Assembly (NCBI GenBank): GCA_963769425.1
Contig: CAVYLP010000006.1
Location: 256,001-320,000 of the forward strand
DNA from: Candidatus Bathyarchaeota archaeon
Lineage (GTDB): Archaea; Thermoproteota; Bathyarchaeia; TCS64
Length of the DNA stretch: 64,000 nucleotides
Direction: 5' to 3'
The position numbers and the translations under genes were made by a program. Positions 49,669 to 59,083 of the stretch are shown here, piece by piece. Each line of letters starts with the position of its first letter. Positions within the stretch are counted from its first letter, which is position 1. The notes beneath the pieces are model-generated. The model had not been told where the DNA came from. It worked only from the letters and a program-made list of their open reading frames with translations, and searched no databases.

Positions 49669-50858
49669 TGTACTCCAACATAGCTTTAGGAATTCTGAGT
49701 TCGCTACCAATGGCGATAGAGGGAACCAATAGACTCATCGTAGACATCGCGATGTTCTTTGGCCTCCTAGTCATCGTAGCTATGGCGCTCAACTTCCAGT
49801 ATGGTAACGCCGGCATCCCTAACATGGGGTGCGCAGTTCAGGTAATCATTGGAGCCTTCTCCGTAAGCGCGATTGTACTGAGAGTAATGTTTACCGTTGT
49901 AGCAGCAGCTGGAGTACCCCTTACGGATTGGACAAACGATTACAACTGGGTTTACGCTAATCCCTACAATGTAGGACTCACAAATAATTTCATTAAGACA
50001 AATGCACCCATCGCAATAGGCTTCTTCCTACTCAGCATCGGAACAGCACTACTACTGGGTGCAGTGATCGGATATCTACTAGCACTTCCAGCGATTCGTC
50101 TGAGGGCAACATACTTAATGATTGTACTAATCACAATGGCAGATGCTTCCCAGATCATTGGCCGGAACGTAGTTCCCATCTCGGGAGGCACGCTCGGTGT
50201 ATTCATACCTAATGTATTTGCATGGTACCCTGGAGACATCGGAGTCATCACCGCAGTCATTACTCTACTGATCGGACTAATCAGCTTCTTCATCTTCAGA
50301 ACGATGCTGAACTCTCCCTACGGCAGGCTCATGCGCTCCATGAGGGAGAACGAGGTAACACTCTCAAGCGTTGGAAAAAACGTGGTCGGCATCCGCAGGA
50401 ACATACTCATGTTCGCGTCGGGCATAACGGCGATTGCGGGGGTAATGAATGTCTACTACTTACAATTCTCTAACGAGTCCGGATACCAGCGCGCCTACTG
50501 GACTTACTGGCCATGGTTAATGCTCATCCTCGGTGGACCGGGCAATAACGCCGGCACCTTCCTTGGTGCTGCAATGATCATCGCCCTGAGACGTGTCATC
50601 ATCGTATTCAAATTCCAGATACAGCAGTATTTCTTCTTCCCCATCTCCTACCTGGAGGACATCATCCTCGGTGGTCTGCTGGTCTTCGTCATGATCTTCA
50701 GGCCCAACGGGTTGATCCCAGAAAAGTTACTCTATATCCCTGGTGTCAACTACACGAAGATGATCAATGAGGATGTAAAAGTAGACTGGCGCTCAGCACC
50801 TAAGGCGAGAGCGAAGAAGGGTGTAAAGCCCGAGGAGAAGAAGGAGGAGAAAAAGTGA
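49665..50858 (+). CDS. livM: Branched-chain amino acid ABC permease (LivM-like)
   Basis: [34 protein letters not shown] and RPNGL motifs. Confidence 0.9.
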   Translation: MMYSNIALGILSSLPMAIEGTNRLIVDIAMFFGLLVIVAMALNFQYGNAGIPNMGCAVQVIIGAFSVSAIVLRVMFTVVAAAGVPLTDWTNDYNWVYANPYNVGLTNNFIKTNAPIAIGFFLLSIGTALLLGAVIGYLLALPAIRLRATYLMIVLITMADASQIIGRNVVPISGGTLGVFIPNVFAWYPGDIGVITAVITLLIGLISFFIFRTMLNSPYGRLMRSMRENEVTLSSVGKNVVGIRRNILMFASGITAIAGVMNVYYLQFSNESGYQRAYWTYWPWLMLILGGPGNNAGTFLGAAMIIALRRVIIVFKFQIQQYFFFPISYLEDIILGGLLVFVMIFRPNGLIPEKLLYIPGVNYTKMINEDVKVDWRSAPKARAKKGVKPEEKKEEKK

Positions 50859-51049
50859 TGAACGGATTAATAATCATGGCTAGCATACTAAGGATCATCG
50901 GACAGACGACGGCTGATCAGTATGATACCATCCTATTCTGGCTGATGATCGCCCTCTGGATCATCATGCCCATCTTCATCGTCTACGAGGAGCTTAACGA
51001 GCGCAAGGCCCTAAGGGAAGCCGAGAAGGCGACAACGGGCCAGGTCTAA
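50855..51049 (+). CDS. Small membrane protein translationally coupled to livM
   Basis: GTGA overlap with the livM stop; hydrophobic segment [19 protein letters not shown]. Confidence 0.65.
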   Translation: MMNGLIIMASILRIIGQTTADQYDTILFWLMIALWIIMPIFIVYEELNERKALREAEKATTGQV

Positions 51050-51093
51050 TTCTAATCCCATCTTCAATTTTTATTTTTTCTCATCAACAAAAT

Positions 51094-51116
51094 GAACCCC
51101 AGTTGGAACTGGGTTC
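51094..51116. terminator. Inverted repeat between convergent genes (possible bidirectional terminator)
   Basis: GAACCCCAGTT-GG-AACTGGGTTC, preceded by T-tracts at 51068-51079. Confidence 0.4.
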
Positions 51117-51137
51117 TTAAAAATGATAGACAGGCGA

Positions 51138-51509
51138 CTACTCGGTCGTGAGGGTGTAGTGGACACCCACACCCTCGAGGGCCTTGTCGATCCTCTCGAT
51201 CAGGTTCTCGAGCTGCTTCATAGTGGGCTTCTTCTCGACCCACTCGAACATGAAGTCATGGTCACCTAGGAGCTGCTTCGCGTCGCTAATTATCTTCGCC
51301 GGCTCGTAGCAGTCGACGTAAGTGTTCTTGAGGTTGTTCAGGTAGTTGTTCCAATCGCGGTTGTCCGCCTGCATCCTCGTCGGGTATGGGATGCACTTGT
51401 GGCTGAACTTGACCTCCTTCTCCTTGGACATCTCCACTGCTACGCCCTCAAGTGCTTGGAGGGCCTTCATGAGCGGGGGACCGTAAATGCGAACATAAGT
51501 CTTAGCCAA
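51138..51509 (-). CDS. Hypothetical protein
   Basis: 123-aa ORF with host-like codon usage and its own TATA-like element upstream. Confidence 0.75.
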   Translation of the reverse strand: MAKTYVRIYGPPLMKALQALEGVAVEMSKEKEVKFSHKCIPYPTRMQADNRDWNNYLNNLKNTYVDCYEPAKIISDAKQLLGDHDFMFEWVEKKPTMKQLENLIERIDKALEGVGVHYTLTTE

Positions 51510-51563
51510 TCTAGTCGCCTAAGAATCCATGTAAACGATATAATATAAAATCTTTCACCGAAT

Positions 51564-51752
51564 CTATGATTCTGCGGCGTCTTCGCTCTTCTCTGACATC
51601 CTCTTCATAATGAGGCGGTACCTTCTGTACTTGTCGTCCATCGAGAACTTTGCGGGGTGAGGGGACTTTACTGGGCCGCCGCACTTTGGGCAAGCGTCCT
51701 CCCTGAGTGTATATGAGCCGCAGCGCTCGCATCTCCGTAGGAGCCAGACCAT
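51564..51752 (-). CDS. nop10: H/ACA RNP protein Nop10
   Basis: CERCGSYTL...CPKCG...PHPAKFSMDDKY motif; follows eif2a. Confidence 0.95.
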   Translation of the reverse strand: MVWLLRRCERCGSYTLREDACPKCGGPVKSPHPAKFSMDDKYRRYRLIMKRMSEKSEDAAES

Positions 51753-51760
51753 CGGGGTTT

Positions 51761-52552
51761 CTACTCCCTCTTGAAGGAGATGGTACCCTCGTGGGTGGAC
51801 CACTCCTTCTCCGCCTGCTTCACGATGCGGTCGAGTGCGAACTCGGCCTTCTTGTAGTCCTCGGAGGTGACCTCGACGCGGTACTTGGGGGAGCCGAGGG
51901 TGTAGATGTTGACCGTGGACTCGAGCTCGTCGCCGAGGTCTCGAACCATCCTGAATGCGTCCTTTATCTCCTCTACGCCCTTGTTGCCCATGGCGGTTAC
52001 CTCGAAGACGCCCTGGATGGTGACTCCCTTGACGACTATCTTGTCCTTAGCGATGTTTGCCAGCGCCTCAGCGGTCTTAGTTTTGATTCCGAGGTCGGTG
52101 AATACGGGCGCGCCCTTCTTTGCGGATTGCTCTAAGGCGTCGTAGAGGTTAACCTGAGCCTCGTTGAGCTTAGGGCTGATCTCGGCGAATAGGTCCTCGG
52201 GGGTCACCTTGAGGTCGGTGGCGGCCTGCTTGAGGAGGGTCTCCGCCTTGCGGGTCTTTTTCCACTGCTCGACCTTCTTCCTGCGGTCGTCCTTATTGAC
52301 CCTACGTAGGCTGAGATCGACCTGACCCTTCGAGGGGTCTACCCTGAGGACCTGTAGGACGACCTTCTGGTTCTCCCTGACGTGGTTGCGGATGTTGCGG
52401 ACCCAGCGTGAGCTGATCTCGGAGATGTGTAGTAGTGCTTCCTTGTTGTTGTATTCGTCTAGGGCGACGTAGGCGCCGTAGGTTTCTATTCGGCTGACGG
52501 TCGCTACGACCATCTCGCCTGTTTCCGGCCACTCGGCGTGCCCTAGGCTCAT
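51761..52552 (-). CDS. eif2a: Translation initiation factor aIF-2 alpha
   Basis: WPETGEMV, S1 domain LHISEIS, VDLSLRRV and GSPKYR motifs. Confidence 0.96.
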   Translation of the reverse strand: MSLGHAEWPETGEMVVATVSRIETYGAYVALDEYNNKEALLHISEISSRWVRNIRNHVRENQKVVLQVLRVDPSKGQVDLSLRRVNKDDRRKKVEQWKKTRKAETLLKQAATDLKVTPEDLFAEISPKLNEAQVNLYDALEQSAKKGAPVFTDLGIKTKTAEALANIAKDKIVVKGVTIQGVFEVTAMGNKGVEEIKDAFRMVRDLGDELESTVNIYTLGSPKYRVEVTSEDYKKAEFALDRIVKQAEKEWSTHEGTISFKRE

Positions 52553-52560
52553 GGGGTCGG

Positions 52561-52758
52561 TCACCCTAGAACTGCCATGATGGAGCCGTTTATCTCGGCC
52601 TTGCCACCGGTTGGCCTCGCGATGACCTCGCCGCATGTGCGGCACTTTATCTCGTGTGTCGCGTGGCTGAATACGATCTGCTCAGACTCGCAGCTGAGGC
52701 ATTTGACCCTTAGGAACCTCGATGTGGGCCTCGGGATTAGGTTGTCCCATTCCGCCAT
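52561..52758 (-). CDS. rps27e: 30S ribosomal protein S27e
   Basis: SRFLRVKC..C...QIVFSHA...C..CG...PTGGKA. Confidence 0.96.
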   Translation of the reverse strand: MAEWDNLIPRPTSRFLRVKCLSCESEQIVFSHATHEIKCRTCGEVIARPTGGKAEINGSIMAVLG

Positions 52759-52759
52759 T

Positions 52760-53035
52760 TTACTCCAACTCCGCCTTCTTGAGCCGTAGTCCCTCGCGCA
52801 TCAGGCTGTGCTTGCACTCCTTGCACTGGAGCATTAGTGTCGTCTTCTTGGTTACCTTGGCCTGGTTGTGCTGCATTGGGAACTTCTGGCCTCCGTAGCC
52901 CTGCTTGCGTATGGCCTGGTCCCGCTCACCCTTTCGGGCTCCGCGGCGTTTGCCGGCCTTGTATATGGTGACAGTGAACTCAGTGTGCGTCTTGCATTTT
53001 GGGCAGAAGGTCCTGAGTGTCTTGGGAACTTTCAT
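52760..53035 (-). CDS. rpl44e: 50S ribosomal protein L44e
   Basis: TFCPKCKTH, GYGGQ and AKVTKK...CKEC motifs. Confidence 0.96.
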   Translation of the reverse strand: MKVPKTLRTFCPKCKTHTEFTVTIYKAGKRRGARKGERDQAIRKQGYGGQKFPMQHNQAKVTKKTTLMLQCKECKHSLMREGLRLKKAELE

Positions 53036-53658
53036 GGCTCCGTCTCCACTAGCTTGGCTATGCCCTTCCTTATTAGGTTATCCGCGTTCTGGGTCGGGAG
53101 GCTGGCGACGTCCTCGGCCTTGAATGGGCCGTATGTTTTCATGTCTGTGCCCATTATTGCGGGTAGGGGTTGGGTGAATCGGACGACTTTGAGGGTTTGT
53201 TCGCCCTTCTCGTTGCGGGGGGGCTGCGGCGGGGACTGGGGACGAGGTGTTTGGGGCGGCGGGATCGATATTGGGGCCTCTGCGCTTGGTTCCCGACCCA
53301 TGAGTATCTGCTTCATCCCCTGAGTGTGTGCTGCGAGGAGGCGGCGGAGCTCGACCTGTAGCCGCTTTTCCTCAGCGGTGAGGTTGAGGGGCTCAACGGG
53401 GGCGCCGTTTAGCTCCGCTGTCACTAGCTTCTTCAGACGCAGCCTGTTGAGGTCTTGAAGCATCCTATCGACGTGATCCCGCTCCTTCTCGATGAGCCTG
53501 CCCTTGACAGAGGTCTTCTCTTCTGTCCGTTCCTGCTCCCTAAGCTTGGAGGCGTAGCCCGCCATGCTCGTGTAGAAGCCCTCATGGAGGGGCTGTATCT
53601 CCGGTCTCTGCCTCTCCCGCCTCCAAGAGTCGAAGAGCGTCCTGTATTCGTCGGTCAT
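53032..53658 (-). CDS. DNA replication GINS subunit (Gins51-type)
   Basis: Helical A domain plus B domain VRFTQPLPAIMGTDMKTYGPFKAEDVASLP; lies between priS and rpl44e. Confidence 0.85.
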   Translation of the reverse strand: MTDEYRTLFDSWRRERQRPEIQPLHEGFYTSMAGYASKLREQERTEEKTSVKGRLIEKERDHVDRMLQDLNRLRLKKLVTAELNGAPVEPLNLTAEEKRLQVELRRLLAAHTQGMKQILMGREPSAEAPISIPPPQTPRPQSPPQPPRNEKGEQTLKVVRFTQPLPAIMGTDMKTYGPFKAEDVASLPTQNADNLIRKGIAKLVETEP

Positions 53659-54914
53659 TTATCTATCCTGGCCCCCTTCTTGCACAGCAGGAATATCGCG
53701 GTAGCGAGTGGGACTGTGACTGATTCCTGCGTGTATGGTCCGTACTCAGCGTCCCCGATCCTCACCTTCGGCGCGTGTCTGACATATACCTTCGCCTCAC
53801 CAGTGCGGAAGGCTATGGCGCTGGTGAGAGGGTCGTAGTCGGGGAGGGAATCGAGCTTTATCGTCTGGACCTGCCAACCCGTCTTCCCGTGGAGGGTGTT
53901 CGGGAGGCGGATGAGGCGGTGTATGTCGGTGGTTACGACGGTGTCTATGTCCGCTGCTTGCTCCTTGACTGCTATTTCCATGATCTTCTCGATGTCCGCC
54001 ATGAGGCGGTCCTCATCCCCGACGCCCACCGCCTTGAGGAGTAGGCTTGGGTGGCTCTCCTCGAGGATGGCGAGGGCCTTGTCGCGGTCGTTGACTAGGA
54101 GGCTCGTTATCTTACGCCCGAGCTTCATAGCCTTGATCTCCTCGGGGGGCGTCGAGGCGATGAAGTCGTAGACGGCCCTCCCCGCCCTGCCCCTCCACCC
54201 CTCGTCAGCGAGTGTGGGCCTCCCACCCTTCGAGCGGGGGTTGAAGCCTAGATACTCCGACTTTATTCCTGTGCCGAGGATGTAGTCGACCACCTCACGC
54301 CGCCCCGACTGGTCTAGGTTCCGTATCCTCTGGTTTCGGACGTGTACATGGTAGCCGCGGTTGCCAGAGAAGTTTACAACGAGGTCGTTGGCGGGGCTGA
54401 AGCCTAGGTCCTGTATGAGTATGTCGAGTAGCTTCTGGGTCTCGTACTTCGCCGCTTGCAGGCACCGCTCGCAGAGCCACGTCTCCTCCTCGAAGGCTGC
54501 CTTCCCGCACTTGCATATCTCCGGGGGTTTCCCAGTGCCCTCCTCGCCGCAGCTCTTGCACTTCCACTTGTCGTGCTCATGCTGGCAGGGGAGGTCGAAG
54601 TGGTCCGCATCTATGTCGAAGACGAGGTCTGCGCCGCTCCACCCCTTCCCCGCCATGTCCGCCTCTGGGCGCGTATAGTAGCAGGAGCTATGGTAGCTGT
54701 GGGCTGGGCTGTTCTCGGAGAGGTATCTTCGGAAGGTGCCCTCGTCGGGGAAGCCTATGTGGCGATACATGGTTTTCCCGCCGAACTGGAGGAAGGCGAA
54801 CTCCCTCATCTTGATCTCTGTGGGGGCGGGTATCGTCCTCGCGTTTGTCATGTACCACCTATGGAACTGTTCGGCGACGAACCCGGGGCTGCCCCAGTCG
54901 GACTCCATAGGCAA
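53655..54914 (-). CDS. priS: DNA primase small (catalytic) subunit
   Basis: REFAF, LVFDIDAD, FSGNRGYH and IDTVVTTDIHRLIRLP..LHGKTG motifs. Confidence 0.95.
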   Translation of the reverse strand: MPMESDWGSPGFVAEQFHRWYMTNARTIPAPTEIKMREFAFLQFGGKTMYRHIGFPDEGTFRRYLSENSPAHSYHSSCYYTRPEADMAGKGWSGADLVFDIDADHFDLPCQHEHDKWKCKSCGEEGTGKPPEICKCGKAAFEEETWLCERCLQAAKYETQKLLDILIQDLGFSPANDLVVNFSGNRGYHVHVRNQRIRNLDQSGRREVVDYILGTGIKSEYLGFNPRSKGGRPTLADEGWRGRAGRAVYDFIASTPPEEIKAMKLGRKITSLLVNDRDKALAILEESHPSLLLKAVGVGDEDRLMADIEKIMEIAVKEQAADIDTVVTTDIHRLIRLPNTLHGKTGWQVQTIKLDSLPDYDPLTSAIAFRTGEAKVYVRHAPKVRIGDAEYGPYTQESVTVPLATAIFLLCKKGARIDK

Positions 54915-54964
54915 TCAGTTAGAAGTATTGTTCGTATTTTAAAACTGGTTTGGCTGGGAACCGG

Positions 54965-55090
54965 CTACTTCTTAAGGCCGTTGTGCGGGCACTTGCCGCA
55001 GAACTTTGGGTTAAACCTGACGAGGTTATTGTACTGGGTGCAGAAGTGGAGGCCCGTGTTTCTTACCTTGTCTTCTGGCGAATCTGCCAA
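54965..55090 (-). CDS. Small Cys/His-rich peptide (41 aa) between priL and priS
   Basis: TTG start behind AAGGA; MADSPEDKVRNTGLHFCTQYNNLVRFNPKFCGKCPHNGLKK. Confidence 0.55.
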   Translation of the reverse strand: MADSPEDKVRNTGLHFCTQYNNLVRFNPKFCGKCPHNGLKK

Positions 55091-55099
55091 ATCGGTCCT

Positions 55100-56179
55100 T
55101 TATTGGCTCGGCGTCGGTGTATTTGAGGATTGAGGCTGCGGCGGGGGTTTCTGGTAGGCTAGCCGCCTCGCCTTTATACGGTAGTAGCTGAGTGGGTGCT
55201 TGATCCGCTCGCAGATGTCGTCCTTGTTCCGGCAGATGCCGTGTGTCCGGAGCGTGTCGCAGAGCGGAGGCGTGTACTTCGTGCGATTCCCCCGTACTCC
55301 GGCTATGTGCTCAACCTGGTACTGGGTCATGGCGGGGTCGAAGTCGCTCACACTAGTGTAGAGGTCCACGAGACTATCCAAAGGCATGCCGACAGTGACT
55401 AGAAAGCTGGTAAGGGCGAAGCGCTCCATGTGGCTGGCCCTCCTGCCCGCGAGTAGTCCCTCCATACAGTAGCGGATGCATGGCGGGAATGCCTCGTTTA
55501 TGACCTCGGAGGGCAAGTCCTCGCCGCCTAGTCTCTTACGGTTCTCCTCGAAGACCTTGGAGACGCGGTCTAGGCGTAGCTGGAGTGGCTCCGGGAGTGT
55601 GATCTTGATGGGTTTAGAAACCTGATCTTTGATGAGGGTCTCGACCTCGCCCTGAATCAGTCGGGCAACCTCGCGCTGCGTGAGTTGGACGTACCCGCTC
55701 TTCACTATCCGGTTTACTAGCTTCCACTTGTCCTCGTGGAATGAGGAGGAGGATCGCAGGTAGTCGTAGAAGTAGAGGCGGAAGTCGTAGAGGACACCGT
55801 CGTAGGTCTCGCCCGAGTCTCTTAGGTCCCAGTCGAAGTCGTCTCTCGCCATCTGGGCGAGTTTGTCGCGGTCCTCCTCTTGAAGTAGGAAGTAGACTCT
55901 AACTGCCTCGGCGAGGGCGTAGCGCCTGCCTAGGAACGGCTCCCCCTTGACCGATGTGAACATAACGGCGATGGGGAAGCTGAGGAGCTCGGTCATGTAG
56001 TCGTCGAGGCGGTCGTCGACGGCGCCGTCCTCGATCGCTTGAACTACCCGCTCCGCGGCCCTGTCGAGGACCTTGGCGTATTGTGGGTCGGCGAGGTCGT
56101 CTAGCTGGAGGTTCAGGGCGTCCACTAGCTTCGCCGCCTCCTTTAGGAACGGATACTTGGCCGCCTCCCTCTCCAGCAT
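55100..56179 (-). CDS. priL: DNA primase large subunit
   Basis: AKYPFL, WKLVNR, FPPCI, RFALTSFL and YTPPLCDTL...C Fe-S motifs; an alternative GTG start exists at 56224. Confidence 0.95.
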   Translation of the reverse strand: MLEREAAKYPFLKEAAKLVDALNLQLDDLADPQYAKVLDRAAERVVQAIEDGAVDDRLDDYMTELLSFPIAVMFTSVKGEPFLGRRYALAEAVRVYFLLQEEDRDKLAQMARDDFDWDLRDSGETYDGVLYDFRLYFYDYLRSSSSFHEDKWKLVNRIVKSGYVQLTQREVARLIQGEVETLIKDQVSKPIKITLPEPLQLRLDRVSKVFEENRKRLGGEDLPSEVINEAFPPCIRYCMEGLLAGRRASHMERFALTSFLVTVGMPLDSLVDLYTSVSDFDPAMTQYQVEHIAGVRGNRTKYTPPLCDTLRTHGICRNKDDICERIKHPLSYYRIKARRLAYQKPPPQPQSSNTPTPSQ

Positions 56180-56287
56180 GTCCTTCAGCCCAAATGGGGG
56201 GCCGGCTGAAAAAAGGCTTCCCACCCCGCTCTGAGTTAGGTTTATTACAGGTGCGCGGACTAAACCAAGGTCTAAGATGTTTCAGGT

Positions 56288-56664
56288 TTGAAGGAGATCA
56301 TCAGGCTCGACTATCCACCGGATGCACACTACAACCCAGCCGTCAGGGCTGGCGACTTCATATTCACTTGCGGCCACATCGGGCTGGAGGATGAGTCGGG
56401 CAAGGAGCTAGCCACAATCGAGAAACAGACCAAGGTGACTATGGAGGACCTTAGGAAAACCCTCAAAGCTGCGGGAGCCTCGATGGATGATATAGTCATG
56501 GCGACCGTTTACATAACCACCCCTGACGACTATGGGAAGATGAACGAGGTCTACATTATCTTCTTCAAGGGTCCCGCGCCGGCTAGATCGACATCGTGAC
56601 GAAGCTGGTGATAGATGAGATTCTGGTGGAAATAGAGGCTGTGGCATACAAGCCACTGGTCTGA
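56288..56664 (+). CDS. RidA/YjgF-family protein (frameshift near 56592)
   Basis: YNPAVRAGDFIFTCG, MNEVY and PARST motifs; the shifted frame continues IVTKLVIDEILVEIEAVAYKPLV to a stop at 56664. Confidence 0.85.
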
Positions 56665-56665
56665 G

Positions 56666-57841
56666 TCACTTCAGGTTCTTATCCGTGAAGTGCTCGAGGC
56701 GGCGCAGCCCCTCGGGGACCCAGGTCCGCCCGTAGCTTATGCGGAAGTTGTTCCCAGGGTAGTTGAACACCATCCCGGGCCAGACCATGACGTGCTCCTG
56801 CTTGGCATACTCCTCTGTGAACTTCTCGACGTTCATCCCGATTAGCTCGGGGAACCCGACTGTGGCCCCCTTGGGGCGGACCCATTTGAAGTGGTCTGAG
56901 TAGTCCTCGAAGAACTCGTCGAGGAGGGGAAGGTTGTCGTCGATTATCCTGTGGCTCCGGGCGAGGATCTTGTCCCTGGCGCGGAGAGCGATGGTCGCGA
57001 GTAGCTCGCTTGGCGCCGGCTTACAGGGGGTGGCGAGGCCGTTTAGGTCTTCGAGTTTCTGGAGCATCTTAGGCTCCTTGATTGTGATCCACCCTATCCT
57101 GAGGCCTGATAGGGCGTAGGCCTTGGACATGACACCGAAGCTTACAGCGGATTCATCCGCTTCAACTGCGGGTGGAAGACGATACTCAGGCTTGTGTTCA
57201 AGGAGGTGGTAGACCTCGTCCCCGACGAATGTGACACTCTTCTCGTGGCAGAGGTCGATAAGGGCTTCATATGTTGACTTGTCTATGGTCGCACCTGTTG
57301 GGTTGTGGGGGAAGTTTGTGACGAGAAACCTCGTGTTGGAGCGGAATGCCCTGCGCACCTTATCCACGTCGACGCGCCAGCTATCTGGTTCGAGTGGTAC
57401 GAGGGAAACTTCCGCCCCGGCTAGGCTCGCGAGTTGATATAGCGCTTCGTAGGCGGGCCATAGGACGACTACATGGTCACCCGGCTTAAGCATAGCAGTG
57501 AAGAAGACCCAGATCGCCTCATCCGCTCCGGCGAAGATGACGACTTGACCTGGATCGACATCCCTGTAGAGCTTGGATACCTCGGTTCGGAGCTTGATGC
57601 CACCGGGTGTCTCAGTGTACTTTAGAGTCAGATTATTCCAGTCGCTTCTCAGCTCGTCGTCGGCTAGGGCGAGTAACTCGCTCATCTTCATAGGCTGGAC
57701 ATCAGACTCGTGCATCGTCATGTCGGTGTGTCTCTTCCACTCGGCCATCTGCTCCTCGAGCCAGAGTCTGTGTTCGAGGCGTTCCCTGCCCTTTCCCCCG
57801 CTTGGCTTGATTGACATCATTTCATTGCCTCTAGCTTGCAT
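56666..57841 (-). CDS. PLP-dependent class I/II aminotransferase (VioD/capreomycidine synthase-like subfamily)
   Basis: LEEQMAEW..., ESD, NFPHNPTG, DEVY, MSKAYALSGLRIGW and FRISYGR motifs. Confidence 0.88.
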   Translation of the reverse strand: MQARGNEMMSIKPSGGKGRERLEHRLWLEEQMAEWKRHTDMTMHESDVQPMKMSELLALADDELRSDWNNLTLKYTETPGGIKLRTEVSKLYRDVDPGQVVIFAGADEAIWVFFTAMLKPGDHVVVLWPAYEALYQLASLAGAEVSLVPLEPDSWRVDVDKVRRAFRSNTRFLVTNFPHNPTGATIDKSTYEALIDLCHEKSVTFVGDEVYHLLEHKPEYRLPPAVEADESAVSFGVMSKAYALSGLRIGWITIKEPKMLQKLEDLNGLATPCKPAPSELLATIALRARDKILARSHRIIDDNLPLLDEFFEDYSDHFKWVRPKGATVGFPELIGMNVEKFTEEYAKQEHVMVWPGMVFNYPGNNFRISYGRTWVPEGLRRLEHFTDKNLK

Positions 57842-57881
57842 CCTGTTTGTGAGTGCGAACTTGTAAGTTTTGAGTATTTAA

Positions 57882-58211
57882 CGCAACAACCACCTTATAC
57901 AGTGAAGAAGTTCTGTAACGGCCACCACTTACATACGCAACTGCTACTGTTACAAGCGCAACAGCCACCGCATACAAGGGACAGCTCCGCAACAGCCGCC
58001 ACTTATAAGGAAGACAGAAATAGACAGAATAAGACAGGAATAGACGGAAATAGACAAATATATACTAAAAAAGACAGATAAAGACAGGCGTCTAAGCGTT
58101 TTTATTGACCTGAATCGGTAAAGGGGCTTGGAAACGGCTCGGATGGGTAAGTTTTTGTGAGGAAAAACGGTATAAGTTGCAGTCGTTGCGGTATAAGTAG
58201 CCACTGTTGCG
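57882..58211. repeat. Composite phased repeat: five direct CGCAAC-N6-8-(C/G)TTAYA-like units, eight 10-bp WAGACAGAWA-like units, two inverted units
   Basis: YGYAAC at 57882, 57914, 57936, 57957, 57988; AGAC at exactly 58012, 58022, 58032, 58042, 58052, (58062 ATAC), 58072, 58082; inverted TATAAG-N8-GTTGCG at 58171 and 58192. Confidence 0.8.
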
Positions 58212-58347
58212 CGGAGGATGTGGATGAACTCAGATGGTTTTTCGGTGTTCTTTCCATCCCATTAAACTGTATTATGACTAAACTGATCTACAACTCTTTC
58301 TTAATAGTCCAAAATGCATATAAAATAAAGAAAAACTTGAAATTTGA

Positions 58348-58779
58348 CTAGTTTACGACGACGTTCTCAAGGCTGAAGTAACGCTTCGCGAGGAACCTGA
58401 TCTTCTTAATGTTCTCGCCGTTCTTACCAATGGCAATCCCCTTATCGTGAGGGTCTACAGTCACCATCGCGATCTTGTGCCCGTCCATCCGGTCCACGAG
58501 GCGAATATCCTTCACCTGCGCCGGCTTCAACGCGTTCCGGAGGAACTTGTCCGGGTCATCTATGTACTCGAAGATCTCGACCTGTTTGTTCGTCATGGCG
58601 CGGAACCGCTTGATCTTCTCCCCGCCCTTCCCAACTGCGAGGCCGACCTCCCCCTTCTTGACGGTGAAGATTAGGCTATCCTCCTCAATAATGCAGTCTA
58701 CCACAGTCGCCCCCGTCATGTTTTGGAGCAGCTGGATGAATTTCATCTCATTCTCCGTTATCTTGACGTTGCTTAGCAT
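58348..58779 (-). CDS. nusA: Archaeal NusA (two KH domains)
   Basis: GLAVGKGGEKI and GIAIGKNGENI KH motifs; follows rpl30e. Confidence 0.95.
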   Translation of the reverse strand: MLSNVKITENEMKFIQLLQNMTGATVVDCIIEEDSLIFTVKKGEVGLAVGKGGEKIKRFRAMTNKQVEIFEYIDDPDKFLRNALKPAQVKDIRLVDRMDGHKIAMVTVDPHDKGIAIGKNGENIKKIRFLAKRYFSLENVVVN

Positions 58780-58780
58780 C

Positions 58781-59083
58781 TTACTTCTTCACCAATTCGA
58801 GGATCTTGGAGTCGCCAGGCTCAAGGATCACCATGGCGCTGACCGGGAAAGGCTTTCCACAAAGCGTGCCCAGGTCAACGCTGTCCTTCGCGTGCTCCAT
58901 CAAGGGGATCTCGGAGAGTTTCCCATAGTTTTTAATCGTCTCCATCGCCTCGCGGGGGCAGTTACTGCTGACTATCGCCAGCTTCGCTCTTCCTCTGCGC
59001 AGCTCCCTCACCGCGGCCTTGGATCCGAGTTGGACCTTGCCGGTGGAGAGTGCGAGTCTCAGCTCCTGATCTACGCTACTCAT
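58781..59083 (-). CDS. rpl30e: 50S ribosomal protein L30e
   Basis: TGKVQLGSK, SSNCP and LGTLCGKPF...PGDS motifs. Confidence 0.96.
   Translation of the reverse strand: MSSVDQELRLALSTGKVQLGSKAAVRELRRGRAKLAIVSSNCPREAMETIKNYGKLSEIPLMEHAKDSVDLGTLCGKPFPVSAMVILEPGDSKILELVKK

Noticed and set aside
53655-54914. Cys-rich insertion in PriS
   Set aside because: Zinc-binding insertions are a known feature of archaeal PriS.
56590-56600. Selenocysteine or stop read-through at the ridA TGA
   Set aside because: The conserved C-terminus continues in a different frame, so this is an indel rather than read-through.
57836-58351. Short ORFs over the 57.9-58.2 kb repeats
   Set aside because: Low-complexity translations of the nucleotide repeats with atypical codon usage.
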